A DNA stretch of 64,000 nt, from positions 41,354,001-41,418,000 of the forward strand of contig NC_073394.1 in assembly GCF_028641065.1 (NCBI RefSeq). Reading direction: 5' to 3'. The DNA comes from Leucoraja erinacea (Eukaryota). Made by a program: the position numbers and the translations under genes. Below the pieces are notes generated by a model, which was not told the DNA's origin, did not search any database, and saw only the letters and a program-made list of their open reading frames with translations. Positions 1 to 13,546 of this stretch are shown here, piece after piece; within the stretch, counting starts at the first letter, position 1; each line of letters opens with the position of its first letter.

Positions 1-1503
1 TGTTTAAAGAACAACAGAAGATAATGAAAAATACATTATGGGGAGAAAAGATGAGGCACGAAGATAAGCTAGCCAAGAATATAAAGCAGGATAGTAAAAG
101 CTTCTTTAGGTATGTGAAGAGGAAAAAAGTAGTTAAGACCAAAGTTGGACCATTGAAGACCGAAAAAGGTGAATTTATTATGGGGAACAAGGAAATGGCA
201 GATGAGGGGGGTGATTGGCAGTCACCGAGGTACATTGTTGAGTAGTGTTACTTATGGACTGAATGCTGATAAATCCCCAGGGCCTGATGGTCTGCATGCC
301 AGGGTACTTAAGAAAGTGGCTCTAGAAATCGTGGATGCATTGGTGATAATTTTCCAATGTTCTATAGACTCAGGATTAGTTCCTGTGGATTTTTAGGAAA
401 GACGGGAGAGAGAAAACAGGGAATTATAGACCAGTTAGCCTGACATCGGCGGTGGGGAAGATGCTGGAGTCAATTATAATAGATGAAATAGTTGGATAGC
501 AATAACAAGATCGGTCAGCATGGATTTACGAGAATCTTCTGGAATTTTTTGAAGATGTAACTTGGAAAATGGACAAGGGAGAGCCAATGGATGTAGTGCA
601 CTTGGACTTTCAGAAAGTCCCACACAGGAGATTAGTGGGCACATGGTATTGGGGGTAGTGCTGACATGGATAGAAAAGTGGTTGGCAGACAGGAAACAAA
701 GAGTAAGGATGAACGGGTCCCTTTCAGAATGGCAGGCAGTGACTAGTGGGGTACCGCAAGGCTCGGTGCTGGGACCGCAGCTATTTACAATTTACATCAA
801 TGATTTGGATGCAGGGATTCTAAGTAACATTAGCAAATTTGCAGATGACACAAAGCTGGGTGGCAGTGTGAACTGTGAGGAGGATGCTATGAGAATGCAG
901 GGTGACTTGGACAGGTTGGGGGAGCGGGTAGATGCATGGCAGTTGAAGTTTAATGCGGATAAATGTGCTGTTATCTACTTTGGTAGCAAAAACAGGAAGG
1001 CAGATTACTATCTAAATGGCGTCAAATTGGGAAAAGGGGAAGTAGAATTGGCTATATTTAAGAGGGAGTTAGATGTGGCCCTTGTGGCTAAAGGGATCAG
1101 GGGGTATGGAGAGATGGCAGGTACAGGATACTGAGTTGGATGATCAGCCATGATCATATTGAATGGCGGTGCAGGCTCGAAGGGCCGAATGGCCTACTCA
1201 TGCACCTATTTTCTCTGTTTCTACGTTTACAATGGGATCTGGAGGTCCTTGTTCATCAATCTATGAAAGTAAGCATGCAGGTACAGCAGGCAATGAAGAA
1301 AGCAAATGGCATGTTGGCCTTTATAACAAGAGGAATCGAATATAGGAGCTAAGAGGTCCTTCTGCAATTGTACAGAGCCCTAGTGAGACCGCACCTGGAG
1401 TATTGTTTGCCGTTTTGGTCCCCTAATTTGAGGAAAATACATTCTTGCTATTGAGGGAGTGCAGCATAGGTTTGCAAGGTTAATTCCCGGGATGGCGGGA
1501 CTG
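1..1503 (+). mobile_element. CR1-clade LINE ORF2 remnant (RT), with an inserted CR1 3' fragment at ~1047-1228
   Basis: Frameshifted ORFs with KSPGPDG, SGVPQGSVLGP, YINDLD and KFADDTK motifs. Confidence 0.9.
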
Positions 1504-2487
1504 ATAGATAGATAGATAGATATATAGATAGCCTTTTATTGTCATTCAGAAGTCTGAACGAAATTGCAGCAGTCATACATATAATACATATAATACCATA
1601 CAATAAAAACAACAATAAACACATATTAACATCCACCACAGTGAGTCCACCCAGCATCTCCTCACTGTGATGGAGGCAAAAGTCTTAGGTCGCAGTCTCT
1701 TCCCTCCTCTTGTCCCTCTGCGCTGGGGCGATAATCCCCCCCCCCGGGCGATGTTAAGAACAGTCCCGCGGCTCAAACACCGCGGCCCGGGGTGGTTGAA
1801 GCTGCCGCCCACCAGTCCTGCAGAAGCAGCTGCTGGCCCGTGGCCGAACCCCGGACTCAGGCCACCGCCGCCAGAACACCGTCCCAGCCACCCTCACGTG
1901 AGTACTGTGCCGTCTTCAGCCTCGGGCTGGGCCGCCCCGACTTGGGCGCCGAACCTCCCCCGGACCGGGCCGCCCCGACATGGGCGTCGCTTCTCCCCCC
2001 GGACCGGGCCGCCCCGACTTGGGCGCCGAACCTCCCCCGGACCGGGCCGCCCCGACTTGGTCGCCGAACCTCCCTCGGGCTGCCAGCGCCGCACCTTCCC
2101 GAGCACGGCCGCTCCGACGGGAGCCTCGTTCCACCCTCGGGCTGGCCGCCCTCACGGGAGCGTCTCCAGCCTCTTCCAGCCCTGAGCCGGACCACCCTCA
2201 CGGGAGCGAGCTCAGAGCGAGTCCTGATGGTGCTCTGCCTCCGGAGCCTCAAGGTCGTCAGCTCATTAGGCCTCAGCGTAGACGGAGGCAGAGAAGGGGA
2301 ATACGACAAAAAGGTCGTATTCCCCCGCAGGGAGAGACTGCAAACCCCGTTTCAACCCCCCCCCCCCCAAAAAACACAAGCTAAAACCAAAAACTAGACT
2401 AAACAAACAAAATAAACAACATAAAAAACACAAAAACAACGGGACCGCTGGAAAGCCGCTGCAGCCAGAGTCGCGCCGCCACTCCGA
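1504..2487 (-). mobile_element. ~1-kb GC-rich non-autonomous retroposon, copy 1 (4-unit VNTR, (TATC)n tail)
   Basis: Highly similar to the reverse complement of 62339-63365. It splits a CR1 sequence (ggcgggactg|tcatatgctg). AATAAA followed by (TATC)n on the minus strand. Confidence 0.8.
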
Positions 2488-3405
2488 CGGTCATATGCTG
2501 AGAGAATGGAGCAGCTGGGCTTGTACACTGTTGCCTGGGTTTCAACAACTAAGTTACAGAGATAGGTTGAATAAGTTAGGTCTTTATTCTCTGGAGCGCA
2601 GAAGGGTAAGGGGGGACCTGATAGAGGTCTTTAAAATGATGAGAGGGATAGACAGAGTTGATGTGGACAAGCTTTTCCCTTTGAGAATAGGGAAGATTCA
2701 AACAAGAGGACATGACTTCAGAATTAAGGGACAGAAGTTTAGGGGTAATATGAGGGGGAACTTCTTTACTCAGAGAGTGGTAGCGGTGTGGAATGAGCTT
2801 CCAGTGGAAGTGGTGGAGGCAGGTTCATTGGTATCATTTAAAAATAAATTGGATAGGCATATGGATGAGAAGGGAATGGAGGGTTATGGTATGTGTGCAG
2901 GCAGGTGGGACTAAGGGGAAAAAAAATTTGTTCGGCACGGACTTGTAGGGCCGAGATGGCCTGTTTCCGTGCTGTAATTGTTATATGGTTATATGGTACA
3001 CTCTGGAGTTTAGAATGATGAGAGGGTATCTCATTGAAACATATAAGATTGTTAAGTGTTTGGACACGCTAGAGGCAGGAAACATGTTCCTGATGTTGGG
3101 GGAGTCCAGAACCAGGGGCTACAATTTAAGAATAAGGAGTAAGCCATTTAGAACGGAGACGAGGAAACACTTTTTCTCACAGAGAGTGGTGAGTCTGTGG
3201 AATTCTCTGCCTCAGAGGGCAGTGGAGGCGGGTTCTCTGGATGCTTTCAAGAGAGAGATAGATAGGGCTCTATAAAATAGCAGAGTCAGGTGATATGGGG
3301 AGAAGGCAGGAACGGGGAACTGATTGGGGATGATCAGCCATGATCACATTGAATGGCGGTGCTAGCCCGAATGGCCTACTCCTGCACCTATTGTCTATTG
3401 CCTAT
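2488..3405 (+). mobile_element. CR1 3' fragments, including a young copy at ~2531-2998 ending in (ATATGGTT)n
   Basis: LGLYSLERRR.RGDLIE and FFTQRVV.VWN motifs; the same tail is seen in other copies in the window. Confidence 0.85.
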
Positions 3406-3901
3406 ATGACGTACTGTTTCTCCAGCTCGTCCATGATGCCCCCATCTACTCTAGTCTCAATCGTCTGCGTTTGGACCATATCGCTCTAAACCCTACTTAT
3501 CCATGTACCTGTCCATGGATATGGCATCTCAGTTTATCTGTTATACTCAGCTACTCCAGCAATGTGATTCCATCTTCACACAACCAGTTTTACTCTGTTT
3601 GAAAGTGGCAGTAGTGGTTTGTTACATTGCCACAGAGAAGCACCGTGGTGTAGGTCTAGAGTAGGTCACAGACAAGCAAGACTGAGTAAGGTATCCCTTC
3701 CTGAAGAGCACTAGTCACCCATTTGTGCTTCCCTGATAGTATTGCAGCTTTTGTAGTCAGTATATTCTTTTCCAACCTTCTGGTAATTAACCCTGTTTCA
3801 GTTCCACATTTGCAATGACAGTTTAGTTTTTTTGTTTAGTTTAGAGATATAGCTCTTTAGCCCACCAAGTCTGCACCGACCAGTGATCCCCGCACACTTA
3901 A

Positions 3902-4127
3902 GGGCCTGTCCCACTTTCACCACGTAATTCACAACCATTTTTTACTCGTGGACATTTTTCATCATGTTGAAAAAATGCTCCGACCTACATGATGCCATGA
4001 GTACCTACGACTAGCATTACGACCTACCTACGACCTCCTACGACCTTGTGACGGCCATGCTGTTAGTATGAGTCAAGGGCAAACTCGGCAGAGGTTGTGA
4101 ATTAGGTCGTGAAAGTGGGACAGGCCC
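3902..4127. mobile_element. MITE (non-autonomous TIR DNA transposon) inserted in a SINE
   Basis: Terminal inverted repeats gggcctgtcccactttcac / gtgaaagtgggacaggccc, extending imperfectly to ~35 bp. Flanked by TTAA at 3898-3901 and 4128-4131. Confidence 0.85.
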
Positions 4128-4131
4128 TTAA

Positions 4132-4345
4132 CACTACCCGACTACACAATTTTACATTTACACCAAGCCAATTAACCTACAATTAACCTGTACGTCTTTG
4201 GAGTGTGGGAGGAAATCGGAGCTCCCGGAGAAAACCCGCGCAGGTCACGGGGAGAACGTACAGACAAGCACTCATAGTCAGGATGGAACCCAGGTCTCTG
4301 ACCCTGTAAAGCAGTAGCTCTGCTGCTCTGCCACCGTGCTGCCCA
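4132..4345 (-). mobile_element. tRNA-derived SINE (5' part; the 3' part lies at ~3825-3897)
   Basis: The minus strand starts gggcagcacggtggcagagcagc with A-box and B-box-like motifs; same family as 38664-38970. Confidence 0.8.
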
Positions 4346-6153
4346 GATTTGAAGGGATTTCATAAGGGTAGGAGCAGTCTTAGAACAGTCTTTCGGCCCA
4401 TCAAGTCTACCCCACCATTCAATCATGGCTGATCTAACTCGCCCCCTCAACCCCATACTCCTGCCATCTTTCCATAACTCTGACACCCGTACTAATCAAT
4501 CTATCTCTTCTGTAAAATATCCCTGATTTCCTTGAATTGTTAGTATTTTTGAAGCATGATCACAGTTGCAATATTAGAAACATAGTGAATGGTCTAGTTT
4601 GCACATGGAAAATCTCACAAAGACCATGAGATCATGGAGAGGAAATTAGTTGTCACTGATGTTAATTACGTCTTAACTAGTGGGTAGATGTAGGGGCCCT
4701 CTTTAATAGTGATGAGTGATTTTGTATGTTCATTGTAGAATGTTGAGGGGTTAGTGTTGGTATTTGTGATCAGGCACTTCAGTAACCTACCAGATAATTA
4801 GGTGATGCTTAAACTCAAGGAAACAGGCCCACTGAGTCTGCACCGACCAGCGATCCCTGTACATTATCATTATCCTACATACACTAGGGACAATTTACAT
4901 TTACACCAAACCAATTTACCTACAAACCTGTACGTCTTTGAAGTGTGGGAGGAAACCAAAGTTCTTGAAGAAAACCTGAGCAGGTCACAGGAAGAACGTA
5001 CAAACTACGTACAGACAGCACCCGTAGTCGGGATCGAACCTGGGTCTCTGGCGCTGGAGGCAGTAACTCTACCATTGGTGGTGGGGGGGGATTGGCAGAT
5101 ATGTGGACAAAGGCTGGAGGTAAAAGCAAGACAAAAGCCAGGTCATTGGTGGTCAGGGATGGGAGGCTGGACAGTGCGAGATCACAGGAATAAGAGTGGA
5201 GGAAAATTTGGGGGGTGGGGCCTTACCTGAGTTGGAGATTTCGATTTCCATTGAAGAACAGTCTTGACCCAAAACGTTGCCTATCCATGTTCTCCAGAGA
5301 TGCTGTCTGACCAGCTGAATACTCCAGCACTTTGTGGGAGCTTTTTGTAAACCAGCATCTGCAGTTCCATTAGTCTCAATGTTCATACCACTGGGTTGCA
5401 AGTTATCCAAGTTTTATTTATGAAGTGCTCGTCCTCCAACATGCCCATCTACACTAGTCCCACCTGCGTGCGTTTGGCCCATGTCCCTGTCAAATGTTTA
5501 TTTAATGTCGCGATAGCACCTGCCTCATCTACCTCCTCCAACTGCTTGTTCCATACACCCAACACCCTTTGTGTAAAATAAAAAGATACCCCTCCAATTC
5601 CTATTAAATCTTTCCCCCTCACCTTAAACACATGTCCTCTGGTTCTTGATTCCACTACTCTGGGCAAAAGTATCTGTGAATTTACTTGATCTATTCCTCT
5701 CATGATTTTTACACCTCTATAATATCACCGCTATCCTCCTTCGCACCAAAGTCCTAGTCTGCTCAACCGCTTGCATTTCTTGAACAGAGGTAGAACCATC
5801 TGAACGAGATCTTCTACTTCCTGACTGACAGACCAGAATCAGTGAGGATCGGTGATAAATCATCCACTACGATTACCCTCAACGGGAAGGGAAGAAGGGG
5901 GGGAGAGGGGAAGGGAGGGAGGGAGGAAGAGGGGGGTGGAGGGGAGAGGGGAGTTCAGTCTACACTCACTGAATCCATCCCTGTGAAAAGTTAGAGACGG
6001 TGATTTGGATCTGGAAGTGGACCAATACAAAATAAAACTGAACGATTCAGACATCTTTTCATTTGCACAATTGATTTTATTGTATTAATTTAAATATATT
6101 AATGTTTAAAATCCATGCATTGAAGGAAGAATATTTTACAGCCCATCTGTGGA

Positions 6154-6399
6154 CCCTAACCCCAACCCTAGCCTTAACCCTAACCAGGCATCACCCGCAG
6201 GGCAGCGTACGTCATCGTGTGACACTGCGCACGACATGATGAGACACCCAAATGTCGCCCCTGGATTTTGAACATTCCAAGCACCTGGGGCGGCAGGGAC
6301 ACACCGCGCGTCACTACATACGTCACCATGCGTCACGGCCCGATCACGACGCGACAACCTCTTTTCAGAAAATGTCGCCCAAGTGGGACAGGCCCTTAA
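6154..6399. repeat. Degenerate (CCCTAA)5 abutting a one-ended MITE of the gggcctgtcccact family
   Basis: ccctaaccccaaccctagccttaaccctaacc at 6154-6185. The right TIR aagtgggacaggccc+ttaa is at ~6380-6399; no left TIR is seen. Confidence 0.55.
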
Positions 6400-6515
6400 A
6401 TCCCTCACCCCACGGGAGGGGAGAGAAACTGCAAAGCCACCTGCCCGCGTTTGGTCCATATCCCTCCAAACCTGTTCCATCCATGTGCCTGTCTCTGTCC
6501 CTGTCATTCTATCTC

Positions 6516-7850
6516 AGGGCTCGAAATTAACAGTTGCACGGGTGCCAATGGCCATTTAAAGTGCCGCCGTGCAACCTAAAAGCCCAGTCATTTTGCCCGG
6601 CTTGACACAGCAGATACTGGTTTATACCGAAGAGAGACACAAAAAACTGGTGTAACTCAGCGGGTCAGGCAGCATCTCTGGAGAAAAGCACATTTCTGGT
6701 CGGCGGAGACGACGGCTGTAGTGCGGGGTGATGGAAGGTCGGAGCAGATAACGGCCCCACACAGCAGCAGGGACGGTGACGGCGCCTCCACCTCCTGCAC
6801 CCCGCACCCCGCACCCCGCCCGCCCTGATAGCGGGTGCTGCGTACCATTCCGCCAATGGCGACAATCGCTTTCAAAACAATCCCTCCCGCACACCGAGGC
6901 CGGAAGGAGGGAGGAAGGAGGAAGGAGGAGACCCCCCGCCGTCTGAAGGACAGGAAGGTGCGGGGCCGAGCCATGCCACCACCTGCACCGCTCGGCCCCG
7001 CACCTTCCTGTTGGTTGGCGGAGGAGGGGAGGCGGTGACGAGGAGATCCCAACTGCTTCCCCCTTTGGCGGCAGCACTTGGCGGTGGACAGGGACGGCCA
7101 CGGCAGCGGGGCGATGATGCCAGTGTTGTCCGAGGACCGCTGATCTTCCTTCCTCCCCACCTCCTCTGCCCCTTCCCCCTCTCTCTCTCTCTTGTACGCC
7201 TCCCCTCCGTCCCCCTTATCCTGGGACCCCTCTTCTCCACCCCACACTGATCCCCATTCCCGCCTCTATTCAGTCCTCACTGACATCCCCTGTGCTCCCC
7301 TCCCCATCTAACCCCCCCCTCCCCCCTCCCCCCGATCTAGTCATCCTGCACTGATCATCTTTTCCACCTCGCATTGATTCTCCTGCCACTCCTCATCCAA
7401 CCTACACTGGTCCCCATATTCATCCTGTAGTGACCCCCCTCCCCCCTTCCCATCCATCCAGTACTGATCCCTCCCATCCATCCAGTAGTGATACCCTCCA
7501 TTCATCCTGTATTGAACCCCCCATTCATCCTGTAGTGCCCCCCCCTCATCCATCCTGCACTGATCCCCCCCCATCCATCCCGCACCGGTTGCCTTGTCAC
7601 CCCCACTCCCCCCCCCCCCCCCCCCCCCCGACCCTACTGCGCTGGAAATGTCTTCAGAGCGAACATTGACTATGTTTTAAAACAGAATGCAATCAAATGT
7701 GTTTTAATTCCCAATGTTATTATTTGTTTCAATCCTTAGAGATGGATTAATTAAATTGTGAACACGTGAAACATTAAAACCGCAGTGTTCGATTGTCACT
7801 GCTGCCATTGACACATTTTACATAATTCATTTTAATAGCAAATCAATGCT
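6516..7850. mobile_element. Possible hAT-like non-autonomous element (one end) with GC-rich and low-complexity interior
   Basis: Begins cagggctcgaaattaac, a hAT-type terminus. No matching right TIR was found. Internal catccatcctgtactga-like repeats at ~7350-7570. Confidence 0.35.
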
Positions 7851-7892
7851 CTTAATATGGAGTGTCAGTACTGTAGTTATATAATGAGCAAC

Positions 7893-8016
7893 ATTCAAGA
7901 TTCAAGAGAATTGTCATGTGTCCCAGAAAGGACAATTAAATTCTTGCTTTGCTTCGGCACAACAGAACATAGTAGGCATAAATACAGAGCAGATCAGTGT
8001 GTCCATATACCATTGA

Positions 8017-8053
<37 letters not shown>

Positions 8054-9840
8054 TAAAAAATAAACAGATAATTGCATTGGGCTATTAATGTTCAGAGTTT
8101 TGTTTGAGTTGAGGTTAATAGCCTGATGGTTGTGGGGAAGTAGCTATTCCTGATCCTGGATGTTGCAGATTTCAGGCTCCTGTACCTTCTACCTGAAGGT
8201 AGCAGGGAGATGAGTGTGTGGCCAGGATGGTGTGGGTCCTTGATGATGCTGCCAGCCTTTTTGAGACAGCGACTGCGGTAGATCCCCTCGATGGTGGGGA
8301 GTTCAGAGCCGATGATGGACTGGGCAGTGGTTACAACTTTCCGCTCCTGGGCGCTCAAGTTGCCGAACCAAGCCACGATGCAACCGGTCAGCATGCTCTC
8401 TACTGGAATTTGAAGCTCTTGACCCTTTCCACCATCGACCCGTTGATATAAACGGGACTGTGGGTCCCCATCCTACCCCTTCCAAAGTCCACAATCAGTT
8501 CCATGGTTTTGCTGGTGTTGACGGCCAGGTTATTGTGTTGGCACCATTTGGTGAGTCGGTCGATTTCACTTCTATACTGACTCATCACCATCAGTGATAC
8601 ATCCCACAACAGTGGTGTCGTCAGCGAACTTGATGATGGAATTCGCACTATGACCGGCTGCGCAGTCATGGGTATAGAGTGAGTACATCAGGGGGCTGAG
8701 CACGCAGCCTTGAGGTGCTCCTGTGCTGATTGTTGTCGAGGCTGACACATTTCCACCAATGCGAACAGACTGGTCTGTTGATGAGGAAGTCAAGGATCCA
8801 ATTGTTGTGGCGGTAAGCGAACTGCAGTGGGTCCAGGTTTTTGTCGTTGTTTTGCGCCATGATCAACCTCTCAAAACACTTCATCACCACAAACGTTAGT
8901 GCCACTGGTCGATAGTCATTGAGGCACGTCACTGTTCTTTTCTTATTATTGATGCCCTTTTAAAGCAGGTGGGGACCTCAGACCTCAGAAGTGAGAGGTT
9001 GAAAATGTCCGTAAAAACTCCAGCCTGTTGGTCCGCACAGGTTTTTAGAACACGACCAGGTATACCATCAAGTCCAGGTGCTTTTCGAGGGTTTACCACT
9101 CTGAAGGATTTCCTGACATTGGCCTCTGTGACTGAGACTGAAATGCCATCACAGCGAATGGGGTCTCGGGAAGGCACATCAGTATTCTCCCTATCAAAGC
9201 GTGCGTTAAAACGCATTGAGGTCGTCAGGGAGTGATGCTACGCCGACATTCGAGCTGCCTCCTCATAGGAGTATCCTCATCGCCTTGTAGGAGGTGATTG
9301 CATTCAGGCCCCGCCACAGCTGCCGAACATCTGTCTCATCCTCCAACTTGGAGCAGAAGTTCCTTTTGGTCTTTTTGATGGCCTTACCAAGGTCGTATCT
9401 GGACTTCTTGTAGACCTCTGTATCATTAGACGTGAATGCCCGGTGTCTGGACTTCAGAATAGTGCGGATCTCATTGTTCATCCAAGGTTTCTGATTGGGT
9501 TTTTGTAGGGATGCAGTCCTCCACACATTTCTTTATGAAGTCTGTGGTATTCGTTCAGGTCCGTTGCCGAGTCCGTGAACATTGCCCAGTCTACAGACTC
9601 CAAACAGTCCTGGAGTTGTTCCTCTGCCCACAGCCCCCCCTCCGACCAGCTCTGTACAGTCCTCACCTCTGGGGGTGCGTTCTTCAATTGCTGCCTGTAG
9701 GCAGGAAGAAGCAGCACCGCAGTACGGTCGGATTTACCAAAGTGAGGGCGAGGGATAGAGCGATAAGTGGTGTAGCAGTGATCGAGGGTGTTTGGTCTTC
9801 TGGTACAGCAGGAGACATGTTGGTGGAAGTTAGGGAGCGA
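7893..9840 (-). mobile_element. Rex1/Babar-clade non-LTR retrotransposon remnant
   Basis: Minus-strand ORF pieces [55 protein letters not shown] and HPGHTLISLLPSGRRYRS. Short (TCTTGAA)2 tail near 7893-7906. Confidence 0.88.
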
Positions 9841-11589
9841 CTATTCACAACTAATCATTGGATTTATCCAGGTTTTACTTCTACAGTCGGTCATATACAT
9901 CACAAATTTGGTCAGGAGATATTTCAGTTGAAATTTTAACGTTAATTCTGAAGTGGGAATGATGGAAACAGCGTTTATCAATATTTTTTTTTAATCGGCT
10001 GCGTTCAAACTGGGTATCTTCATTGCTGTTCACAACACGTACATCTAATCTGAATGTCTGGTAATGTGGCGTTTTGACACCTTTAAACATATTACCAAAA
10101 GAACATTTGCTGCAGCTATGTCCTTTGGCCATCACTTGTCAGTCAGTGTAATATTTAACCTGTCAGATGGGTATAGTCGGTTTAACATAATCATATTATC
10201 ATAAAATGCCTTTAGAAATGTCCTTGCAACCTGTATATTTCGTTATGGATAAATTATGTGGGAAGTGAGAGTGTTTATGTACGATAAATGTCATGATAAT
10301 ATTCGGTCCTTCACAGAAAACATGCTTTCATCAACCTGTAGTGTGCATGGTTAAACATATGTTACGATGGTCCAGGATTTATTGACACAGGTTGATCATA
10401 CGCTGAATAATCCAACCAAATTTTTGTTTGGAAGTGGAAAGAAATAATAGAAATTGCATAATTGCAACGTGTAAAAGAGTTGAGATTATAATTTTGCTGC
10501 ATGTTATTGTGGTATATATAATGTCTTGATTGGTGAATATGTTTAGTTTGTGACTTTATTTGAAGCAGAAATAATATGTGAATGCTTCATTGAGCATATT
10601 TCCGAAAAATGAGATAGTGATCAACTCCAGGGACACACACCTCGGTATACATTGACATTGCCAAAGTAGATTGGTCGTTCCTAGTTTCCAGGAATAAGTC
10701 TCACCAGCAATTTTTCCTGGACCATTCACTTTGTAGGTTTTGCCAAGAAAGCCAACCACGCTTTCACTTCCTAAGAAGGAATTGGAAGTTGGGATGCATC
10801 ACAGCCAGGTTTAGGAACAACTCTATCCAAGACCGGCAGAAATTGCAGAGAACCGTGGGCCCGACCATCATGCAAACCAACCTAAGATAGACACAAAATG
10901 ATGGAGTAACTCAGAGGGACAGGCAGCATTACTGGAGAGAAGGAATGGGTGACTTTTCAGGTCGAGATCTTTCTTTAGACGTCTGAAGAAGGGTCTCAAC
11001 CTGAAACGTCAACATTCTTCTCACCAGATGTGTTGCCTGACCCGCTGTGTTACTCCAGCATTTTGTGTCTTCAATGGAAACCAACAAATACCACACCCTT
11101 TATCTTCTATGTGCACACTGTGGACGGCTTGATTATAATCATGTATGTGTTGGAAGAAACTGCAGATGCTGGTTTACACCAAAGATAGACACAAAATGTT
11201 GAAGTAACTTAGCGGGACAGGCGGCATCTCTGGATAGAAGAAATGTTTTGGGTCGAGGCCCTTCTTCAGACTCATGTAATCATGTAATCGATTGTATTCA
11301 TGTATAGTCTTTTATTGACTGGATAGCACGCAAACAAAAATCTTTTCACTGTACCTTGGTGCAGTTTTATCATTTAAAAATAAATTGGATGGGTATATGG
11401 ATGGGAAGGGAATGGAAGGTTCTGGTCTGAGTTCTGGTCTAGATGGGACATGGGGAAAATAAGTGTTCGGTATGGACTTGTAGGGCCGAGATGGCCTGTT
11501 TCCGTGCTGTAATTGTTATATGGTTATTATATGGTTACACGGGATAATAATAAACTAAACTGAACTTCATGTTTTTGATTTCCATTTAG

Positions 11590-11925
11590 ATTCGTTGGAT
11601 ATGAACATTTTTGCCAGTCCGAAGAACGTATTTTTGAATTCAGAGGTTTTGTTGGAATGTAAATTTACTGGGTTTACAGCACCGCTTGACTTGAGAAATG
11701 TAGGTGTGCTGTGGTATGGACCAGGCCAGGAACAAATCTATGCTTTTGAAACGGGAGAACATAGGCGCAAGAAACCTGGCACAGAAATATCCGACATTGA
11801 ACTATCCAAAGGAGATGCTTCACTTCTGCTTAATAATGTCCAATTGGCCGACGAAGGGAATTATACTTGCGTTGTGTTTGTCACTCCCGAAAAGGCACAA
11901 AAGAGTTCGGAACTGCGAGTTTTAG
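11590..11925 (+). CDS. NCR3LG1: Exon: IgV domain of B7-H6/NCR3LG1-like protein
   Basis: Acceptor tttag|AT and donor G|gtaaaa, phase 1-1, 336 nt. Translation (D)SLDMNIFASPKNVFLNSEVLLECKF..GVLWY..GDASLLLNNVQLADEGNYTCVVFVTPEKAQKSSELRVL has the B-strand C, C-strand W and DxGxYxC. GDASL and VTPxKAQ match human B7-H6 as I recall it (VVVTPLKAQ). The symbol means 'NCR3LG1-like'; orthology is untested. Confidence 0.88.
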
Positions 11926-12003
11926 GTAAAACACCGTCAACATTACCCGGGATGATCTGCTCTGTTATTATTGGATCTTGGTGGTTAAAATGGCTTTCAC
12001 CAA

Positions 12004-12360
12004 TTGGCCTTCATTGGCCTGCGTATTGAATATAGAAGTTTGGAGGTCATGTTGCAGTTATATAAGACGTTGGTGAGGCTGTATTTAGAGTATTGTGTTC
12101 AGTTCTGGGCACCATGCTGTAGGAAAGATGTTGTAAAACTGGAAAGGGTACAGAGAAGATTTACAAGGATGTTGCCAGGATTCGAGGGTCTAGGCTACAG
12201 GGAGAGGTTGAGCAGCCTGGGACTCTATTCTTGCAGCGCAGGAGGATGAGGTGATCTTATGGAGGTGTATAAAATGATGAGAGGAATAGATCGGGTAGAC
12301 ACACAGAGTCTCTTGCCCAGAGCAGGGGGATCGAGGACCAGAGGACATGGGTTTTAAGGT
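12004..12360 (+). mobile_element. CR1 ORF2 C-terminal fragment (intron)
   Basis: LYKTLVR.YLEYCVQFW and LERVQRRFTRM motifs. Confidence 0.85.
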
Positions 12361-13225
12361 GAATTGGCCCTCTGTAAATCACCTCTAGTGTGTCGAGAGT
12401 GGATGAGAAAGAAAGGATAACAGAACTAGTGTGAACGGGTGATTGATGATTGACGTGGACTTAATGGACGTAAGGCCGAATTCAATGCTGATTCTCAAAT
12501 AAAATTGCGAATGCAAAACTGTATAAAGAGTGACCACGTCAAAAGTATTTTAGTGTTCTCATTAATATATCCGACATATACTTAGCTGAATAATGTGGCA
12601 ATCTAAATCTGCACGTCGTCAAAGGTACTAAATTATAGGAAAGGAATGGTCAGCATGGACTCGATGGGCTGAAGGGCCTGTTTCCAAGCAGTATCAATCT
12701 ATTAATCAAAAATCAACGTTAATTGACTTTTGAGGGTAAGGGAAATCTATTTTTATTAGGGCAAGAGTTGAAGGAAGGAAAGTGGTCCATTTTGTATCAC
12801 CCCATCAATAGGTTAATATAGGACATAGGTTTAAAGTGAGCGGGGAGAGAGGAAAGATTTAATAGGAACCAGAGGAGCAACCTTTTCACAGAGGAGGTGG
12901 TGAGTGTATGGAACAAGCTGCCTAACGAGGTAGTTGAGGCAGGTACTATAACAACATTTAAAAGACATTTGTACATGGATAGGAAAGGTTTAGAGAGTTA
13001 TGGTCGAACACGGGCAGGTGGGATTAGTTTCCACGCTGCATGTCTAAAGTCTAAACTAGTATAGATGGGGCACTTTGGTCATTGTGGGCCAATTGGGCTG
13101 AAGGGTCTGCTTCTGTGCTGTATTACAGTGGCCCTTAGAATTAAGAGTCTTATAATGTGAATTAGATATTTCTGGTAATACACTGAATGGCAACTAACCC
13201 GAGGTTGCACTTGTCTTTAATACAG

Positions 13226-13546
13226 CTCAGCCGAAGCTGCATTTATCCACACAACATGTTACCATTGAGACTGGTGCGGAGAAGCTGGTGACATGTGATG
13301 CTACGGGATTTTACCCTGAGGCACATAACATCTACTGGGAAAAAGTATCCAAGGATAAGACTGAGAAACTAAGCCACGATGTCTTCAACACACTTCCAGT
13401 TCGTAATCCGGATAAAACCTTTAATGTCTCCAGTGCAATGAGAATTAAACCAACTCTAGTTGATAATGGCAATGTGTACAAGTGTGTCATGGACCATAAA
13501 TCATATACTGACCCTCTCTCACTCGAGTTGAAACTCACAGTCGAAG
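13226..13546 (+). CDS. NCR3LG1: Exon: IgC1 domain of B7-H6/NCR3LG1-like protein
   Basis: Acceptor tacag|CT and donor G|gtatgt, phase 1-1, 321 nt. AQPKL..VTCDATGFYPEAHNIYWEK..NPDKTFNVSS..YKCVMDHKS resembles B7-H6 C1 (GFYPEAINITWEK, NMDGTFNVTS, YQCVVRHAS). Confidence 0.88.

Noticed and set aside
1573-2397. Overlapping 130-200-aa Pro/Arg/Gly-rich ORFs (also at 62432-63177)
   Set aside because: These are open in many frames because of high GC and tandem repeats. The two copies differ in frame and no domain motif is present.
6690-7250. GC/CpG-rich stretch as the promoter or first exon of the Ig gene
   Set aside because: It lies within a probable transposon remnant, and no leader-peptide ORF with a phase-1 donor was found.
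9959-10015. Possible signal-peptide exon (ATGATGGAAACAGCG...)
   Set aside because: There is an in-frame TAA after 11 codons. Even with a homopolymer correction, the nearby GT would be phase 2 rather than the phase 1 needed. The leader exon remains unidentified.
11590-13546. Alternative identity as tapasin, SIRP, Ig/TCR or MHC
   Set aside because: There is no J-like FGxG, no RSS noticed and no MHC groove exon. VTPxKAQ and GFYPEAxNIxWEK fit B7-H6 best, though a phylogeny is still needed.
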